Shown here: one piece after another, positions 41,217 through 53,551 of the stretch
How the letters are laid out: each line of letters opens with the position of its first letter
Numbering within the stretch: the stretch's first letter is position 1
From: Planctomycetota bacterium
Lineage (GTDB): Bacteria; Planctomycetota; PLA2; JAEUHO01
Assembly (NCBI GenBank): GCA_965223505.1
Contig: CBDCWP010000039.1
Coordinates: 288,001 to 352,000, forward strand
DNA: 64,000 bases
Direction of reading: 5' to 3'
Notes under the pieces: model-generated
Told to the model about the DNA's origin: nothing
The model's input: the letters and a program-made list of their open reading frames with translations, nothing else
The model's database searches: none
Position numbers and translations under genes: made by a program

Positions 41217-42947
41217 CTACTTCTCCGGTACCAGCGTCGTGAAGTAGGTCACCGCGCCGCCGCGGATCTTGTGCAGCGTCTCGGTCTGGTAGCCGGGCCG
41301 GCTGAGGCGCACCCGGTACTCGCGATTCGGCAGCTGTTCGAGCTCGATCCGGCCGCGCGCATCGGTGCGGTGGTCGGTCGCGTCGGGCGGCGCCACCAGC
41401 GGCGCGCCGTCGTCGGTCGGCGTCACCTCGACCTCGACGCCTTCGAGCGGCAGGCCCAAAGGCGACTCGACCACCAGCGCCAATCGCACCGCGCGCTCGA
41501 GTGTGATCCGGGCCGGCGCCGCGTCGGGTCCGACGCGTGCCAGCGCCTTGCCCCACGTGTGCCCCGGCGCCGTTGCGTACACCTCGACGAGCCCATCGGG
41601 AAACGGCCCGCGCGCATCTCGATCGACCACGACGCCGCCGACGTTCGCGCGCGCGACGATCGTCGTGTCGTCGATCGTCTTGCCGTCTGCGTCGACGACG
41701 GATACGTCGACCGGTCGTCCGGCGTCCAGCTTCACGCGCTCGAGCACGGTCGTCTCGGTGCCGACCTCGATGACCTGCGGCACGTAGCCGTCGGCTTCGA
41801 CGAGCACCGTCGCGTCGATGCCGGTCGGAACGGCGGGCCGCGCCCGGCCGTCGGCGCCGCAGCGAAGCGCCGTCTCGGCGAAGAAAGGCTCCGCGAGATC
41901 GAAGCCCTTCACAGGCAGCGCGTATCGCGCGCGCACGACGGCGCTCCCGAGGCGCTTGCCCAGCGTGTCGGTCACGAAGACCTCGAGGTGCCGGTGTTCC
42001 GGAAGGAGCACGTCGTCGTCGACGTTTTCCAGCAGCTCGCCCCAGGCGACCGTCGCGCCGTGCGCGACCTCGGCGTGAAGCTCCGCCCAGGCGCCCTCGG
42101 GGTATCCGGACGAGCGCACGTGCTCGTCGGCCGGCGCTCCGTCCAAGAGCCGGCCGTCACGGCCGCGAATCGAACCAATCGCCGCGGCGGTGAAGCGGCG
42201 CCGCGGCGTGTCGTCGATCTCCAAGACGACCGGACCCTGCCGGGGATGAACGAACGACGCTGCGTGCAGCCCGTCCGCCGTCGAAGCCTTCACGTGGCGC
42301 GCGTATTCCGGAAGCACCGCCTTTCCCTCGGGGGCCTTGATGCGCTGCGCGTCCCCCCTGACGTCCACGTACTCGATCGTGGCGGCCGTCGGCGTTCCGT
42401 CGCGTCGAGAGCGGACCTCGACCTCGATGGGTCTGGATTTCCTACGCGCGGGTACGGCGGCCTTCGGCAGCACCACGCGCCAAACCGGGTCCGACGAAAC
42501 CGAGCCCGCGGCCATGTGCGCGGCGAGCACGCCGTCCGCGCGTACGCGAAACCCCTCCAGCGTGGCGCCGTCCTTCTTCGTCTTGCGAAGGCGCAGCCCG
42601 CTCGTCTGCTTGCTCGGCGTCAGATCCTCCGCGCCGCCGTCGCCGATGCCGACGCGCCATCCGGAGAGCTCGTTGCCGTCGGCGTCGAACACCTGGATCA
42701 AGACCGCGTCCTTGCCGAGCGCCTTCACGAGGTCGTCGATCGGATCGGGTGGGCTCAGCCGCGTTGCCTTCGCGCCCGAGCGGTTGCCGTCGACGTTCAG
42801 CGCGTCCGACTTGCGGAAGCCGCCTTCGCCGCCGCCGCCGGGCCAGCCGCCGGGCAGGAAGCGGTTGAGCTCGAGCAGCAGCAGCAGCAGCGCGATCAGG
42901 GCGAGGACGGTCAGCTTGCGGCGAACGCGCAGTTTCCGGCGGGCCAT
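41217..42947 (-). CDS. Membrane-anchored carboxypeptidase regulatory-like (prealbumin-fold) repeat protein
   Basis: N-terminal TM segment; TDARGRI, Y.V..S.PGY, EADGY. Confidence 0.7.
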   Translation of the reverse strand: MARRKLRVRRKLTVLALIALLLLLLELNRFLPGGWPGGGGEGGFRKSDALNVDGNRSGAKATRLSPPDPIDDLVKALGKDAVLIQVFDADGNELSGWRVGIGDGGAEDLTPSKQTSGLRLRKTKKDGATLEGFRVRADGVLAAHMAAGSVSSDPVWRVVLPKAAVPARRKSRPIEVEVRSRRDGTPTAATIEYVDVRGDAQRIKAPEGKAVLPEYARHVKASTADGLHAASFVHPRQGPVVLEIDDTPRRRFTAAAIGSIRGRDGRLLDGAPADEHVRSSGYPEGAWAELHAEVAHGATVAWGELLENVDDDVLLPEHRHLEVFVTDTLGKRLGSAVVRARYALPVKGFDLAEPFFAETALRCGADGRARPAVPTGIDATVLVEADGYVPQVIEVGTETTVLERVKLDAGRPVDVSVVDADGKTIDDTTIVARANVGGVVVDRDARGPFPDGLVEVYATAPGHTWGKALARVGPDAAPARITLERAVRLALVVESPLGLPLEGVEVEVTPTDDGAPLVAPPDATDHRTDARGRIELEQLPNREYRVRLSRPGYQTETLHKIRGGAVTYFTTLVPEK

Positions 42948-42976
42948 CGAGGCACCATACCCTCCCGTGCCGCGGT

Positions 42977-44044
42977 CTACGCGTGCGCGGTCTCGGCGGC
43001 CGCCGATTTCGCGATCGCGTCGCCGACGGCGTCGAGGTGGTCGCGCTGCGGCGCGACGACGAACAGGTATTCCTTGTTGCGCAGGTGGCTCACACGCCCG
43101 ACGCGCTCGCCCTTCGGGTTGTGGATCCCGATGCGGGCCCCGACGTACCGGTCGTAGTCCGACTCGAAGACCCGTACGTGGCCCTTGCGGCCAAGCAGCG
43201 TCTCCATCTCGGCGCGACTGACGAAGCCCTCGTTGTTGAACGAGACGATCAGGTAGCGCGCGCGCACGGCATCGACCACGCGCTCCAGTGCCGCGTGGAT
43301 CTTGCGCTTGCTGTTGAATTCCGACTTGAACGAGCGGCAGTCGACACGCTTGCGCGCGATGCCGTAGGTGCGCGGCTGGTCGTTGCGGACGAGCGTTTCC
43401 CAGACGTGGTAGTTGCCGCGATAGCTGTGTTGGTTGTACGGCGGGTCCAGATACGCGAGGTCCGCGGAGAAGACGCTTGCCGCGGTCTCCGCCTCGAGCC
43501 GCGTCGCGGTGCCGACGCCCGGAAGGACGTCGGGAACGCGCAGCTCGAGATCGTTCGACGCGCGGGACGCCCACGACTTGAGATACGCCATCTGGACCCC
43601 GGTCGTCGAGTCGACGCGATCCGTCGCTTCCATGAGCGACGTCAGGCAGATCGCCTCGATGTCGGGATCGAGGTGGCGCAAGGCGATCTCGGAACGAATC
43701 GCGTCGACGCGCGCGCCGTTGCGGGGGTGCACGTAGCGCGCGTCCTGGCAGAACGTGCGTGTGAAGTAGCCGGGCGACGGACCGACCTGGTTGAGCTCGC
43801 GCAGGACCTTGCGCGCTTCGTCGAGGTGCAGCGCGGCGTCGGCCTGCACGTAGCAGCGCGCGATGACGTGCGCGAACGTGTTGTGGTCGTTCGCGACGAC
43901 GTGGTACCCCGCGCGTTTCAGGGCGTGGCCGACGCGCGAGGTGCCGGCGAACAGGTCGAGGACGCGCCGCACGCCGGGGAGCGCACCCGCCGCTGCCACG
44001 ATGCGCGGAATGAGCAGGCGCTTCGATCCGAGGTACTTGATCAC
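42977..44044 (-). CDS. DNA adenine methyltransferase (D12/FokI-like, alpha group), orphan
   Basis: IKYLGSK, DLFAGT (motif I), YLDPPYNQH.Y (motif IV), SFNNEG. Confidence 0.9.
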   Translation of the reverse strand: MIKYLGSKRLLIPRIVAAAGALPGVRRVLDLFAGTSRVGHALKRAGYHVVANDHNTFAHVIARCYVQADAALHLDEARKVLRELNQVGPSPGYFTRTFCQDARYVHPRNGARVDAIRSEIALRHLDPDIEAICLTSLMEATDRVDSTTGVQMAYLKSWASRASNDLELRVPDVLPGVGTATRLEAETAASVFSADLAYLDPPYNQHSYRGNYHVWETLVRNDQPRTYGIARKRVDCRSFKSEFNSKRKIHAALERVVDAVRARYLIVSFNNEGFVSRAEMETLLGRKGHVRVFESDYDRYVGARIGIHNPKGERVGRVSHLRNKEYLFVVAPQRDHLDAVGDAIAKSAAAETAHA

Positions 44045-44109
44045 CGGCTCATTGTCCCGGTGCCGGGGACGGGGGTACCGTGGGCGGCCCCGAACAGGAA
44101 GGCGAACCG

Positions 44110-44352
44110 ATGAACGCACCGGGCTTGAAGGTCGAGGATTGCTGGAGCGAAGGGGGCAAGCTGCGCCTCGAGGTGCACGAGGGCGGTCAGCGCATTCGCA
44201 TGGCGGGCAACGCCGAGGGCATGGTCGGCCTCGCCCGTGTGTTGCTGTATCTCGCGCACAACGGCCTGGACGAGGGCAAGGTCGTCTCCTTGGAGGCGTT
44301 CGACGCGTTTGGGGCAGGCGACCCGACACTGGAGTTGGGGCCGCCCACGTAG
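44110..44352 (+). CDS. Small hypothetical protein, Imm32-like
   Basis: AGGAAGG SD; GNAEGMVGLARVLLYLA resembles the Imm32 'GN.EGL..LA..L..LA' motif. Confidence 0.5.
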   Translation: MNAPGLKVEDCWSEGGKLRLEVHEGGQRIRMAGNAEGMVGLARVLLYLAHNGLDEGKVVSLEAFDAFGAGDPTLELGPPT

Positions 44353-44514
44353 GGGCCGCCCTTGTGGCTGCCCGACCGTGATGTAGGGGCAGCCCTTGTG
44401 GCTGCCCAATTGGGCGACCACGAGGGTCGCCCCTACATCCAACCCCGACCCCGATCCCGGAGCCCGGATCCGGTAACGAGCCCGGATCCGGCAACGAGCC
44501 CGGATCCGGCGACC
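44349..44514. repeat. Three REPs (44349-44373, 44383-44407, inverse 44412-44436), short hexamer run, and 3x 18-bp AGCCCGGATCCGGYRACS
   Basis: Read directly. Confidence 0.88.
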
Positions 44515-44527
44515 GCGAGGTTCGCCG

Positions 44528-46012
44528 CTAGTCGAACAGACCTGCCCACCTCGTGCCGCGCATCGCTTCGTACGCATTCTTCTGCACCGCGCGCCGCACC
44601 GGGCTGTCCGTCGGCAGCAAGCGCAGATCCTGCGCCAGCTCGACCGCCTCCAGGCCACGCTCCGCGTCGATCGCCTCGGCGTGGCCGTCCATCTGCTCGC
44701 TCACGCTCTCGAGCAACTTCGTCGCGTGAACATACGCCTCGTCCAGGATCGCCTGGCGCGCCGCCTTGAGTTGCGCGTGCGCCCATACGTGCGCCTGATG
44801 CACCAGACGACGCAGCGCCGGATCCGGCGTTCCCTTCGTCTTGGCCGCATGCGCGAGCACGTCACGCCACTGCCCGCGCGCCGCCGCCTCCTCGATCCGC
44901 CGTAGTCCGGTGCTGCGCCCCGCCGCGCGTTTCGGCGCCGTCGCCTTCGCGCTCGCGCGCTTCGTTCCGGAGGGCGTGAAGACACCGCCGTGCGGCCTCG
45001 TCGTCACCCGCGGTCCGGCCGAGATGTTCGCCGGCGGAAGGCCCACGTCGTCGGCCTGCAGCTCGCTGTCGGGGCTGCCGAAGGCCTCGTTCAAGTCGAC
45101 CGCCGTCGGGCGGGACGGCGGGAGATTGGGCGCAGGGACGGTCCGCACCGGCTGCGGCGGGGGCGGCGGCGCGAACGTCGGCGGCGCGTCGCCGTCCGGG
45201 CTGCCGAACGAACTCGGCGCAGGCGGCGGTGCGGCCGGACGCGGACGCGGCTTCGCAGCGGCCGTGCGTCCCGGCGTGACGCGCGGACCGGGCTGCACCT
45301 TCGGTCGCGAGAGCTGTGATGGCGGAATCGGGTCGAAGCGCGGCGCGCCGCACTGCCCGTTCGCGCACTCGCCGTCGCAATCGTGGAAGAGCGGGCCGCG
45401 CCACCCGTCGGGCTTTTTCGCGACAGGCTGCTTCGGGTCGCACGGAACGGTGAGCGTCTTGGACTTGCGCGGCTGCACCCTGCGCGGCTTGGCCGGCGCC
45501 GGTTTCCTGCGCGACGTCGAACGCGCCGTCTTGCGGTGCGCCGCTTCGACGATCGTGAGGTCGCGGGCGAACTGCGCCGTCGTGCGGCGTCCCGCGAAGC
45601 CGTGGATCCATGTGCCGGACGGCGTCAGGAACGCGATGAACGGCAACATGCGGGCGTGTGCCAGCTTGCTGCGGAAGACGGCCTTCACCTCGGGTTCCGG
45701 CTCGTCGCACTCGGCCGCCAGCCCCACGCAGAGCTTGCTCATGCGACTGCGGATCGTCTTGTCGGGCAGCACCTGCGCGCAGAGCTTGCGGCACTGGGTG
45801 CAGCGGCTGCGGCCGTACTCGACGAAGATCACCTTGTCGAGCCGCCGCGCCGCCCGCTTCGCCTCGGCGAGCTCGGTGTACCAGACGAGCGTGCCCCGGT
45901 CATCGAAGTAGGGGTGCCGCCCGCCGCCCGCGTCCGCCCGTTCCGCTCCCGCCAACATCCAACCCGCGAGGGTGGCCAGCACCAACCCACGCGTGAACTT
46001 CCGCATCGTCAT
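44528..46012 (-). CDS. Secreted thioredoxin-like (CTQC) protein with Pro-rich linker and helical C-terminus
   Basis: Signal peptide; WYTELAEAKRAARRLDKVIFVEYGRSRCTQC, LPFIAFLTP.G.WIHG. Confidence 0.8.
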   Translation of the reverse strand: MTMRKFTRGLVLATLAGWMLAGAERADAGGGRHPYFDDRGTLVWYTELAEAKRAARRLDKVIFVEYGRSRCTQCRKLCAQVLPDKTIRSRMSKLCVGLAAECDEPEPEVKAVFRSKLAHARMLPFIAFLTPSGTWIHGFAGRRTTAQFARDLTIVEAAHRKTARSTSRRKPAPAKPRRVQPRKSKTLTVPCDPKQPVAKKPDGWRGPLFHDCDGECANGQCGAPRFDPIPPSQLSRPKVQPGPRVTPGRTAAAKPRPRPAAPPPAPSSFGSPDGDAPPTFAPPPPPQPVRTVPAPNLPPSRPTAVDLNEAFGSPDSELQADDVGLPPANISAGPRVTTRPHGGVFTPSGTKRASAKATAPKRAAGRSTGLRRIEEAAARGQWRDVLAHAAKTKGTPDPALRRLVHQAHVWAHAQLKAARQAILDEAYVHATKLLESVSEQMDGHAEAIDAERGLEAVELAQDLRLLPTDSPVRRAVQKNAYEAMRGTRWAGLFD

Positions 46013-46501
46013 CTGGAGGCAACCTCCCGCCTTCTTCCGTCCTACGGGCTGGACGCGACGCAAGCTCGGGACGGCGACTGCGCCGAGCACCCGGCAAGCC
46101 GGGAGCCTCGAACTCGGTACCGGCGACGAAGCGTTCCTTCGTGCGTCGCTCGCGAAGTGTCGGCGGCGCGTCCGATGAGCGCGCGCCGTACTCGATACGA
46201 GTACTTCGCGAATGGAATGCGACTCACGCGGAGCATTCAGGCGCCGAACCCCTCCCGATTGGCGGGCACCATTCCGCTGCAGACGTCACGTCCTCCTAAT
46301 CGGGCTCTCGGCCGGAATAACTCGGGCCTTGAACGATCGTGCGAAAAAAATTGCGGCGCGACGGGGACGGGCCGTTTCCGATCCGCCGAACGTGGCCGAA
46401 TCGTCTCGACCTTCCCCTGGCTTCCGCGCGCGCGGCGCTCGCCTGCACCGTGTTGCCTGCGCGTCGTATCGCGAAGGCGACCGAGAGAAACGAGCGTCAG
46501 C

Positions 46502-47803
46502 TCACGCCGAGAAGAGCTCGCCCCACATCGAAGCTCCGAGGTCGCGCTTGGCGCGCTCGAGCCACTTGCTGCGCTCGTTCTTGTCGTGCGCGCCGCGCAC
46601 CTTCTTGTAGTTGTAGATCGCCACCGTGCCGCGCGCGGCCTCGCGGGCCAGGTCCGTGTCCGGCAGCTTGCTCTTCACGGCGCGCAAGGTGTACTTCGCG
46701 GCGTCGTACTCGCCGCTGCGGATCTTCGCGAGCGCGTCGCGCAGCGCCTGGCGGGCCCAGCTTTCCAGCGCCTCGCTCGGCACGGGCCGGGGGCCGCTGG
46801 CCACCGGACGCGGCTTCGACGCCGTGGTCGACGGCGTCGGACCCGACCATTCCGGGGTGGAGGCGGCCGGCGCGGGGCCGGGCTCGCGCAGCGGGGGCAG
46901 CGACGACGGCGGCGGCGGCACGCCCGGTCCCGTGTACGCGAGACCGTCCGCGACGACGGGCGCTGCGTCGACCACCGCATCCGGGCTGCCGAGCGCGGCC
47001 GGTCGCGGAGCCACCAGACCGTCCGGCCGCAGCGCGTCGCTCTCCGGCGCGGGTGTGGTGTCCGCCAGTAGCGTGTCGGCCTCCGGCATCAGGTCCTCCG
47101 GGCGCGGCGCGGGCGCGTCCGGCGACGGACGCCCGGTGATGGCGTCGATCGGCTCCGGGTCGTCCGTCGGCCAGACGTCGCCGGGCATGCCGTACTCGCG
47201 CTCGCCGAACTCGTTGATCACCGACGCCATGCGCGGGCCCTCGGGCATCGTCGCGCCGATGCGCCGGTTCGACGCGACCGGGTAGATGCGCTGGGCGGTC
47301 GCGATGTCACCGAGGAACTCGCTCGTGTTGCGCGGGCCCCAGAAGCCGTGCACCCAACCCATCTCCGGCGTGAGGAACCCGACGAGCGGCATCAGCGCCG
47401 CGCCCTTCAGGTTGGCCCGCAGGGTCTTGTCGACCAGCGGTGTCTCCGGATGGCGGATGTCGTAGATGTAGCCCACCGACATCTGGCCGCAGCGCTGCGC
47501 GGTCGCCGGGACGATCTGGTTCTTGAACTTGTCGCAGAGGCCGCAGCCGGGCTTCGTCGAGACGCAGAGGATCAGCTTCTGCTCGGCCCGCGCGGCCGCC
47601 TGGGCCTGCGACATGTTCGTGTACCAGCGGTAGGGCCCGGCGAGGTTGGCCGTCGTGCCGCCGGCCCCACCCGTGGAGGGGCCGTAGTTCACGACCGACG
47701 GCGTCGGCCGCGACGGCGCCGGCGTCGAGGCACCGGAGCTGCATGCGGCCAGCAGGGCGAAGACGCCTGCCAGCGCGACGAGGGTGACGAGGTTCCTAGC
47801 CAT
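46502..47803 (-). CDS. Thioredoxin-like (CGLC) lipoprotein, paralog of the downstream gene
   Basis: LAAC lipobox; WYTNMSQAQAAARAEQKLI...CGLC, MPLVGFLTP..GWVHGF. Confidence 0.8.
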   Translation of the reverse strand: MARNLVTLVALAGVFALLAACSSGASTPAPSRPTPSVVNYGPSTGGAGGTTANLAGPYRWYTNMSQAQAAARAEQKLILCVSTKPGCGLCDKFKNQIVPATAQRCGQMSVGYIYDIRHPETPLVDKTLRANLKGAALMPLVGFLTPEMGWVHGFWGPRNTSEFLGDIATAQRIYPVASNRRIGATMPEGPRMASVINEFGEREYGMPGDVWPTDDPEPIDAITGRPSPDAPAPRPEDLMPEADTLLADTTPAPESDALRPDGLVAPRPAALGSPDAVVDAAPVVADGLAYTGPGVPPPPSSLPPLREPGPAPAASTPEWSGPTPSTTASKPRPVASGPRPVPSEALESWARQALRDALAKIRSGEYDAAKYTLRAVKSKLPDTDLAREAARGTVAIYNYKKVRGAHDKNERSKWLERAKRDLGASMWGELFSA

Positions 47804-47902
47804 GGATCAACTCCCTGTGTTCACCGTCCGGTTCAGGTCGGAAGGTAGCGCCGCCGTCCGACGGAACAATCATTGGACGCCCGCCCTCCCCGGCTCGCGG
47901 GT

Positions 47903-48050
47903 GGACAGATTGTCACGGATTGCGGGTCGCGGGTCGAGCGCCCTGACAACATGGCATGGGCCGCGGCGACCGAGATCGACGCACTGGAACCCAACCTGAA
48001 TGACAACAGGGTGTTACGTCGATTCACCGCTGCCCGGCACGCGCTTGGCA
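47903..48050 (+). promoter_or_regulatory. Candidate sigma54 promoter CGGCACGCGCTTGGCA (48035-48050) with upstream dyads GGACA-N3-TGTCA (47903-47915) and TGACA-N3-TGGCA (47944-47956)
   Basis: GG-N10-GC spacing with GGCACG core. Confidence 0.6.
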
Positions 48051-48094
48051 ATGCGTGCGGGACCGGGAGTCCCGGTTCGTCCAGAGGAGATGAC

Positions 48095-49723
48095 ATGGCG
48101 GCCAAGCAACTGGCGTTCGATCAAGAGGCTCGCGAGAAGATTCGCGCCGGCGTGCAGAAGCTCGCCCGCGCCGTCAAGGTGACCTACGGCCCGCGCGGCC
48201 GCAACGCGGTCATCGACAAGGGCTGGGGCAGCCCGACCATCACCAAAGACGGGGTGACGGTCGCCGAGGAGATCGAGTTCTCCGACCCGTACGAGGACAT
48301 GGGTGCGCAGCTCGTCAAGGAAGCCGCGACCAAGACGTCCGACGTCGCCGGCGACGGCACCACGACGGCGACGGTCCTCGCCGAGGCCATCTATCTGCAG
48401 GCGCACAAGTACGTCGCCGCCGGCGCCGGCACCGCGGCGCTTGCACGCGGCATTCGCGCCGCGACCCAAGCGACGGTGGATGCGCTGAACAAGATGGCGC
48501 GCAAGGTCTCGTCCGACCGCAAGCACGTGAAGCAGGTCGCGACGATCGCCGCCAACGGCGACACCGAAGTCGGCGCGATGATCGCGGAAGCGATGGACAA
48601 GGTGGGGAAGGACGGCGTGATCACGATCGAGGAGGGCAAGACGCTCGACACGACCGTGAGCGTCATCCAGGGCATGCAGTTCGATCGCGGCTTCCTCTCG
48701 CCGCACTTCGTCACCGACCCGGAGCGGATGGAAGCGGCGATCGAGAACCCGCTGATCCTCGTCTGGGAGGACAAGATCTCCGCGGCCGCCAAGCTGGTGC
48801 CGTTGCTCGAGTCCATCTCGAAGACCGGCCGTCCGCTGGCGATCATCGCCGAGGACATCGAAGGCGACGCACTCGCCACGTTGGTGCTCAACAAGCTGCG
48901 CGGCGTCGTGCAGACGGTCGCGGTGAAGGCGCCCGGCTACGGCGACCGCCGCAAGGCGATGCTCGAGGACATCGGCGTGCTCACGGGCGCGACCCCGATC
49001 TTCAAGGATCTCGGCCGCGACCTCGACACCGTCACGCTCGACGACCTGGGCACGTGCCGGCGCCTGACGGTCGACGGCGACACGACGGTCATCGTCGAGG
49101 GCGCCGGGACGGCCAAGGACATCAAGGCGCGCATGGAGCGCATCCGCTCGGAGATCGAGGCGACCGACTCGGACTACGACCGCGAGAAGCTCCAGGAGCG
49201 TCTGGCGAAGCTCTCGGGCGGCGTGGCGCAGATCGAGGTCGGCGCCGCGACCGAGACCGAGATGAAGGAGCGCAAGGCGCGCGTCGAAGACGCTCTGCAC
49301 GCGACCCGCGCGGCGGTCGAAGAGGGCATCCTGCCCGGCGGCGGCACGGCGTTCGTCCGCGCGGAGAAGGCGGTCGACGCGCTGTTGGCGTCCGGCACCT
49401 ACGAAGGTGACGAGGCGCTGGGCGTGCAGGTCGTTCGCGACGCGCTCGCCGTGCCCGTGCGCGCGATCGCCGACAACGCCGGCTACGAAGGTCACGTCGT
49501 GCTGCGCAACGTGCGCCGCGCGAAGAAGTCCGAGGGCTTCGACGCCCACAAGGGCGAGATCGGCGACATGTTCGAGGCCGGCATCGTGGACCCGACGAAG
49601 GTCGCGCGCTCGGCGTTGCAGAACGCTTCGAGCGTCGCGGCGCTGCTGATGTCGACCGACGCGCTCATCGCGAACCTGCCCGAGAAGGAACACGAGGAAG
49701 AAGACATGGAGGAGGGGTTCTAG
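48095..49723 (+). CDS. groL: Chaperonin GroEL (copy 1)
   Basis: [41 protein letters not shown]. Confidence 0.97.
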   Translation: MAAKQLAFDQEAREKIRAGVQKLARAVKVTYGPRGRNAVIDKGWGSPTITKDGVTVAEEIEFSDPYEDMGAQLVKEAATKTSDVAGDGTTTATVLAEAIYLQAHKYVAAGAGTAALARGIRAATQATVDALNKMARKVSSDRKHVKQVATIAANGDTEVGAMIAEAMDKVGKDGVITIEEGKTLDTTVSVIQGMQFDRGFLSPHFVTDPERMEAAIENPLILVWEDKISAAAKLVPLLESISKTGRPLAIIAEDIEGDALATLVLNKLRGVVQTVAVKAPGYGDRRKAMLEDIGVLTGATPIFKDLGRDLDTVTLDDLGTCRRLTVDGDTTVIVEGAGTAKDIKARMERIRSEIEATDSDYDREKLQERLAKLSGGVAQIEVGAATETEMKERKARVEDALHATRAAVEEGILPGGGTAFVRAEKAVDALLASGTYEGDEALGVQVVRDALAVPVRAIADNAGYEGHVVLRNVRRAKKSEGFDAHKGEIGDMFEAGIVDPTKVARSALQNASSVAALLMSTDALIANLPEKEHEEEDMEEGF

Positions 49724-49744
49724 GCCCCTTTCGAGGAGAAGAAC

Positions 49745-50032
49745 ATGGGTATCCGTCCCCTCTACGACCGCATCGTGGTCAAGCCCGTCGAAGCCGAAGA
49801 GAAGTCGGCTGGCGGCATCCTGCTTCCCGACAGCGCGAAGGAAAAGCCGCTGCGCGCCAAGGTCATCGCGACCGGCGACGGCGAGCTGCGTGACGGCAAG
49901 CGTCTGCCCCTCACCGTCAAGAAGGGCGACGAGATCCTGTTCGGCAAGTACGCCGGCACGGAGATCAAGTACCAGGGCGAAGAGCTCAAGATCCTGAAGG
50001 AAAGCGAAGTCCTCGCCATCTTCGAGAAGTAG
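49745..50032 (+). CDS. groS: Co-chaperonin GroES
   Basis: [29 protein letters not shown]. Confidence 0.97.
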   Translation: MGIRPLYDRIVVKPVEAEEKSAGGILLPDSAKEKPLRAKVIATGDGELRDGKRLPLTVKKGDEILFGKYAGTEIKYQGEELKILKESEVLAIFEK

Positions 50033-50084
50033 GAACCGGAACCAACGCATCCCCGCGGCGAAGTCGCGGCAAACGGAGAGGCCC

Positions 50085-51695
<1,611 letters not shown>

Positions 51696-51745
51696 CGCTC
51701 CGGCCCGTCTCCCGAATCCCGTAGTTCCCCGGAGTACCATTCGCC

Positions 51746-52891
51746 GTGCCCGACGTGGGAAAGCGCGACTACTACGAGGTGCTCGGGGTTGCCCGCACCG
51801 CAAGCGACAAAGAGATCAAGGCCGCCTACCGGCGGCTCGCGCTCAAGCTGCACCCCGACAAGAATCCGGGTGATGCGAGCGCCGAGGAGCGCTTCAAGGA
51901 GGCGTCCGAGGCCTACGACGTGCTCTCGGACGGCAACAAGCGCGAGATATACGACCGCCACGGTCACGCGGGGCTCGACGGCCAGGTCGGGTTCGGCAAC
52001 GTCGGCGACATCTTCGGCGCCTTCCAGGACATCTTCGGCGGGGACCTCTTCAGCTCGTTCTTCGGGGGCGCCCGCTCCGGTCGGGCTCGGCGGGGCGCGG
52101 ACGTGCCCGTCGAGGCGCGCCTGACCTTCGACGAGATGGCCGACGGCGTCGAGAAGACCCTCAAGATCCGTCGCCGCATGAGCTGCGAGACGTGCGACGG
52201 ATCCGGTTCGCGCGAGGGCAAGCCCCCGCTCACGTGCACGACGTGCAACGGCAACGGCATCGTCATGTCGAGCCAGGGGTTCTTCTCCGTTCGCCGCACG
52301 TGTCCGCGCTGTCGCGGCGAGGGCAGCGTCGTGCAGGACCCCTGCGCGAAATGCGACGGCGAGGGCGCGGTCATGGGACGCCGCGACCTGACGGTGAAGA
52401 TCCCCGCCGGCGTCCACGACGGCGTGATCCTGCGCGTGCCGCGCGAGGGCGAGCCCGCGCCGCGCGGCGGTGTGCCGGGCGACCTGAACGTGCACGTACG
52501 CGTCGAGGAGCACCCCATCTTCGTGCGCTCGCCGGAAGACCCGTCGGATCTGTACCTGCGCGTACCGATTCCGATCGCGACGGCCTTGCTCGGCGGCAGC
52601 GTCGAGATCCCTTCGTTGGAGGGGTCGATGGAGATCGACGTCGATCCGGGTACGGCGCCCGGGGCGACGTTGCGCGTGCGCGGTCAAGGCCTGCCGCGGT
52701 TCCAGTCGCGCGGACGCGGCAGCGTCTACGTGCGCGTGGCCTACGACATTCCGAAGAGCCCGAGTCGCAAGTTGCGCAAGGCGCTCGAGACGTTGCGCGA
52801 TGTGGAGCAGAACGAAACCGGCCCGGAGCGCCGTCGTTTCGCCGACCAGCTGCGAGAGCATCTGCGTGCCTTGGAGAAGAAGCGGCGCTAG
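51746..52891 (+). CDS. dnaJ: Chaperone DnaJ
   Basis: [11 protein letters not shown], four CxxCxGxG repeats. Confidence 0.97.
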   Translation: MPDVGKRDYYEVLGVARTASDKEIKAAYRRLALKLHPDKNPGDASAEERFKEASEAYDVLSDGNKREIYDRHGHAGLDGQVGFGNVGDIFGAFQDIFGGDLFSSFFGGARSGRARRGADVPVEARLTFDEMADGVEKTLKIRRRMSCETCDGSGSREGKPPLTCTTCNGNGIVMSSQGFFSVRRTCPRCRGEGSVVQDPCAKCDGEGAVMGRRDLTVKIPAGVHDGVILRVPREGEPAPRGGVPGDLNVHVRVEEHPIFVRSPEDPSDLYLRVPIPIATALLGGSVEIPSLEGSMEIDVDPGTAPGATLRVRGQGLPRFQSRGRGSVYVRVAYDIPKSPSRKLRKALETLRDVEQNETGPERRRFADQLREHLRALEKKRR

Positions 52892-52930
52892 CGCTCAGCG
52901 CCCTCGAACGAAAGTGATTGAGCAAGACCG

Positions 52931-53551
52931 ATGAACGAACCCGACGAGCTGCCGGCCCCCGAGGACGACACCGAAGCGATCGTCCCCGACGAGGCCGAGG
53001 CGCAAGACCAGGAGCAAGCCGACGAGGAAGCGCTCGACGTCGACGCCTTGAAGGCGCGCGCGAAGCGGGCGGACGAGCTCGAGGACCGCCTGCGCCGGGC
53101 GGAGGCCGACTTCATGAACGAGACGAAGCGACTTCGCCGCCTCGCCGAGAACGATGCGAAGTTCGCGGTCGAGCAGGTCGTCGTCGAGCTCATCCCGCTC
53201 ATCGACGCGCTGCACAGCGCGGGTACCGGGCTCGGGGACGGCGAAGCCGCCGCCAACATGCGGCAGGGGCTCGACCTCGTCGGCAAGCAGCTGCTCGACG
53301 TGTTGAAGAAGCACGGCGTCGAGCCGATCGACGCCGAGGGCGAGACGTTCGACCCGAACCGCCACGAGGCGATCTACGTGCGTGAGCTCGAGGACGTCGA
53401 GCCGGACAGCGTCATCGAGGTGCTGCGTCCCGGGTTCAGCCTGCATGGCCGCGTCGTGCGACCCGTCGAGGTCGGCGTCGCGAAGGCGCCGGCCGGTGAG
53501 CCCGCCGAGCCGAGCGACGAAGGCGGCGGCGAGTCGGAGGAGGGCGCGTAA
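52931..53551 (+). CDS. grpE: Nucleotide exchange factor GrpE
   Basis: ADFMN..KR, FDPNRHEAI, G..L.GRVVRP..V.V. Confidence 0.95.
   Translation: MNEPDELPAPEDDTEAIVPDEAEAQDQEQADEEALDVDALKARAKRADELEDRLRRAEADFMNETKRLRRLAENDAKFAVEQVVVELIPLIDALHSAGTGLGDGEAAANMRQGLDLVGKQLLDVLKKHGVEPIDAEGETFDPNRHEAIYVRELEDVEPDSVIEVLRPGFSLHGRVVRPVEVGVAKAPAGEPAEPSDEGGGESEEGA

Noticed and set aside
46013..46501. ~490-bp intergenic gap as a riboswitch or ncRNA
   Set aside because: Some GC-rich pairing is possible, but I recognise no conserved RNA motif; an Rfam/Infernal scan would be needed.
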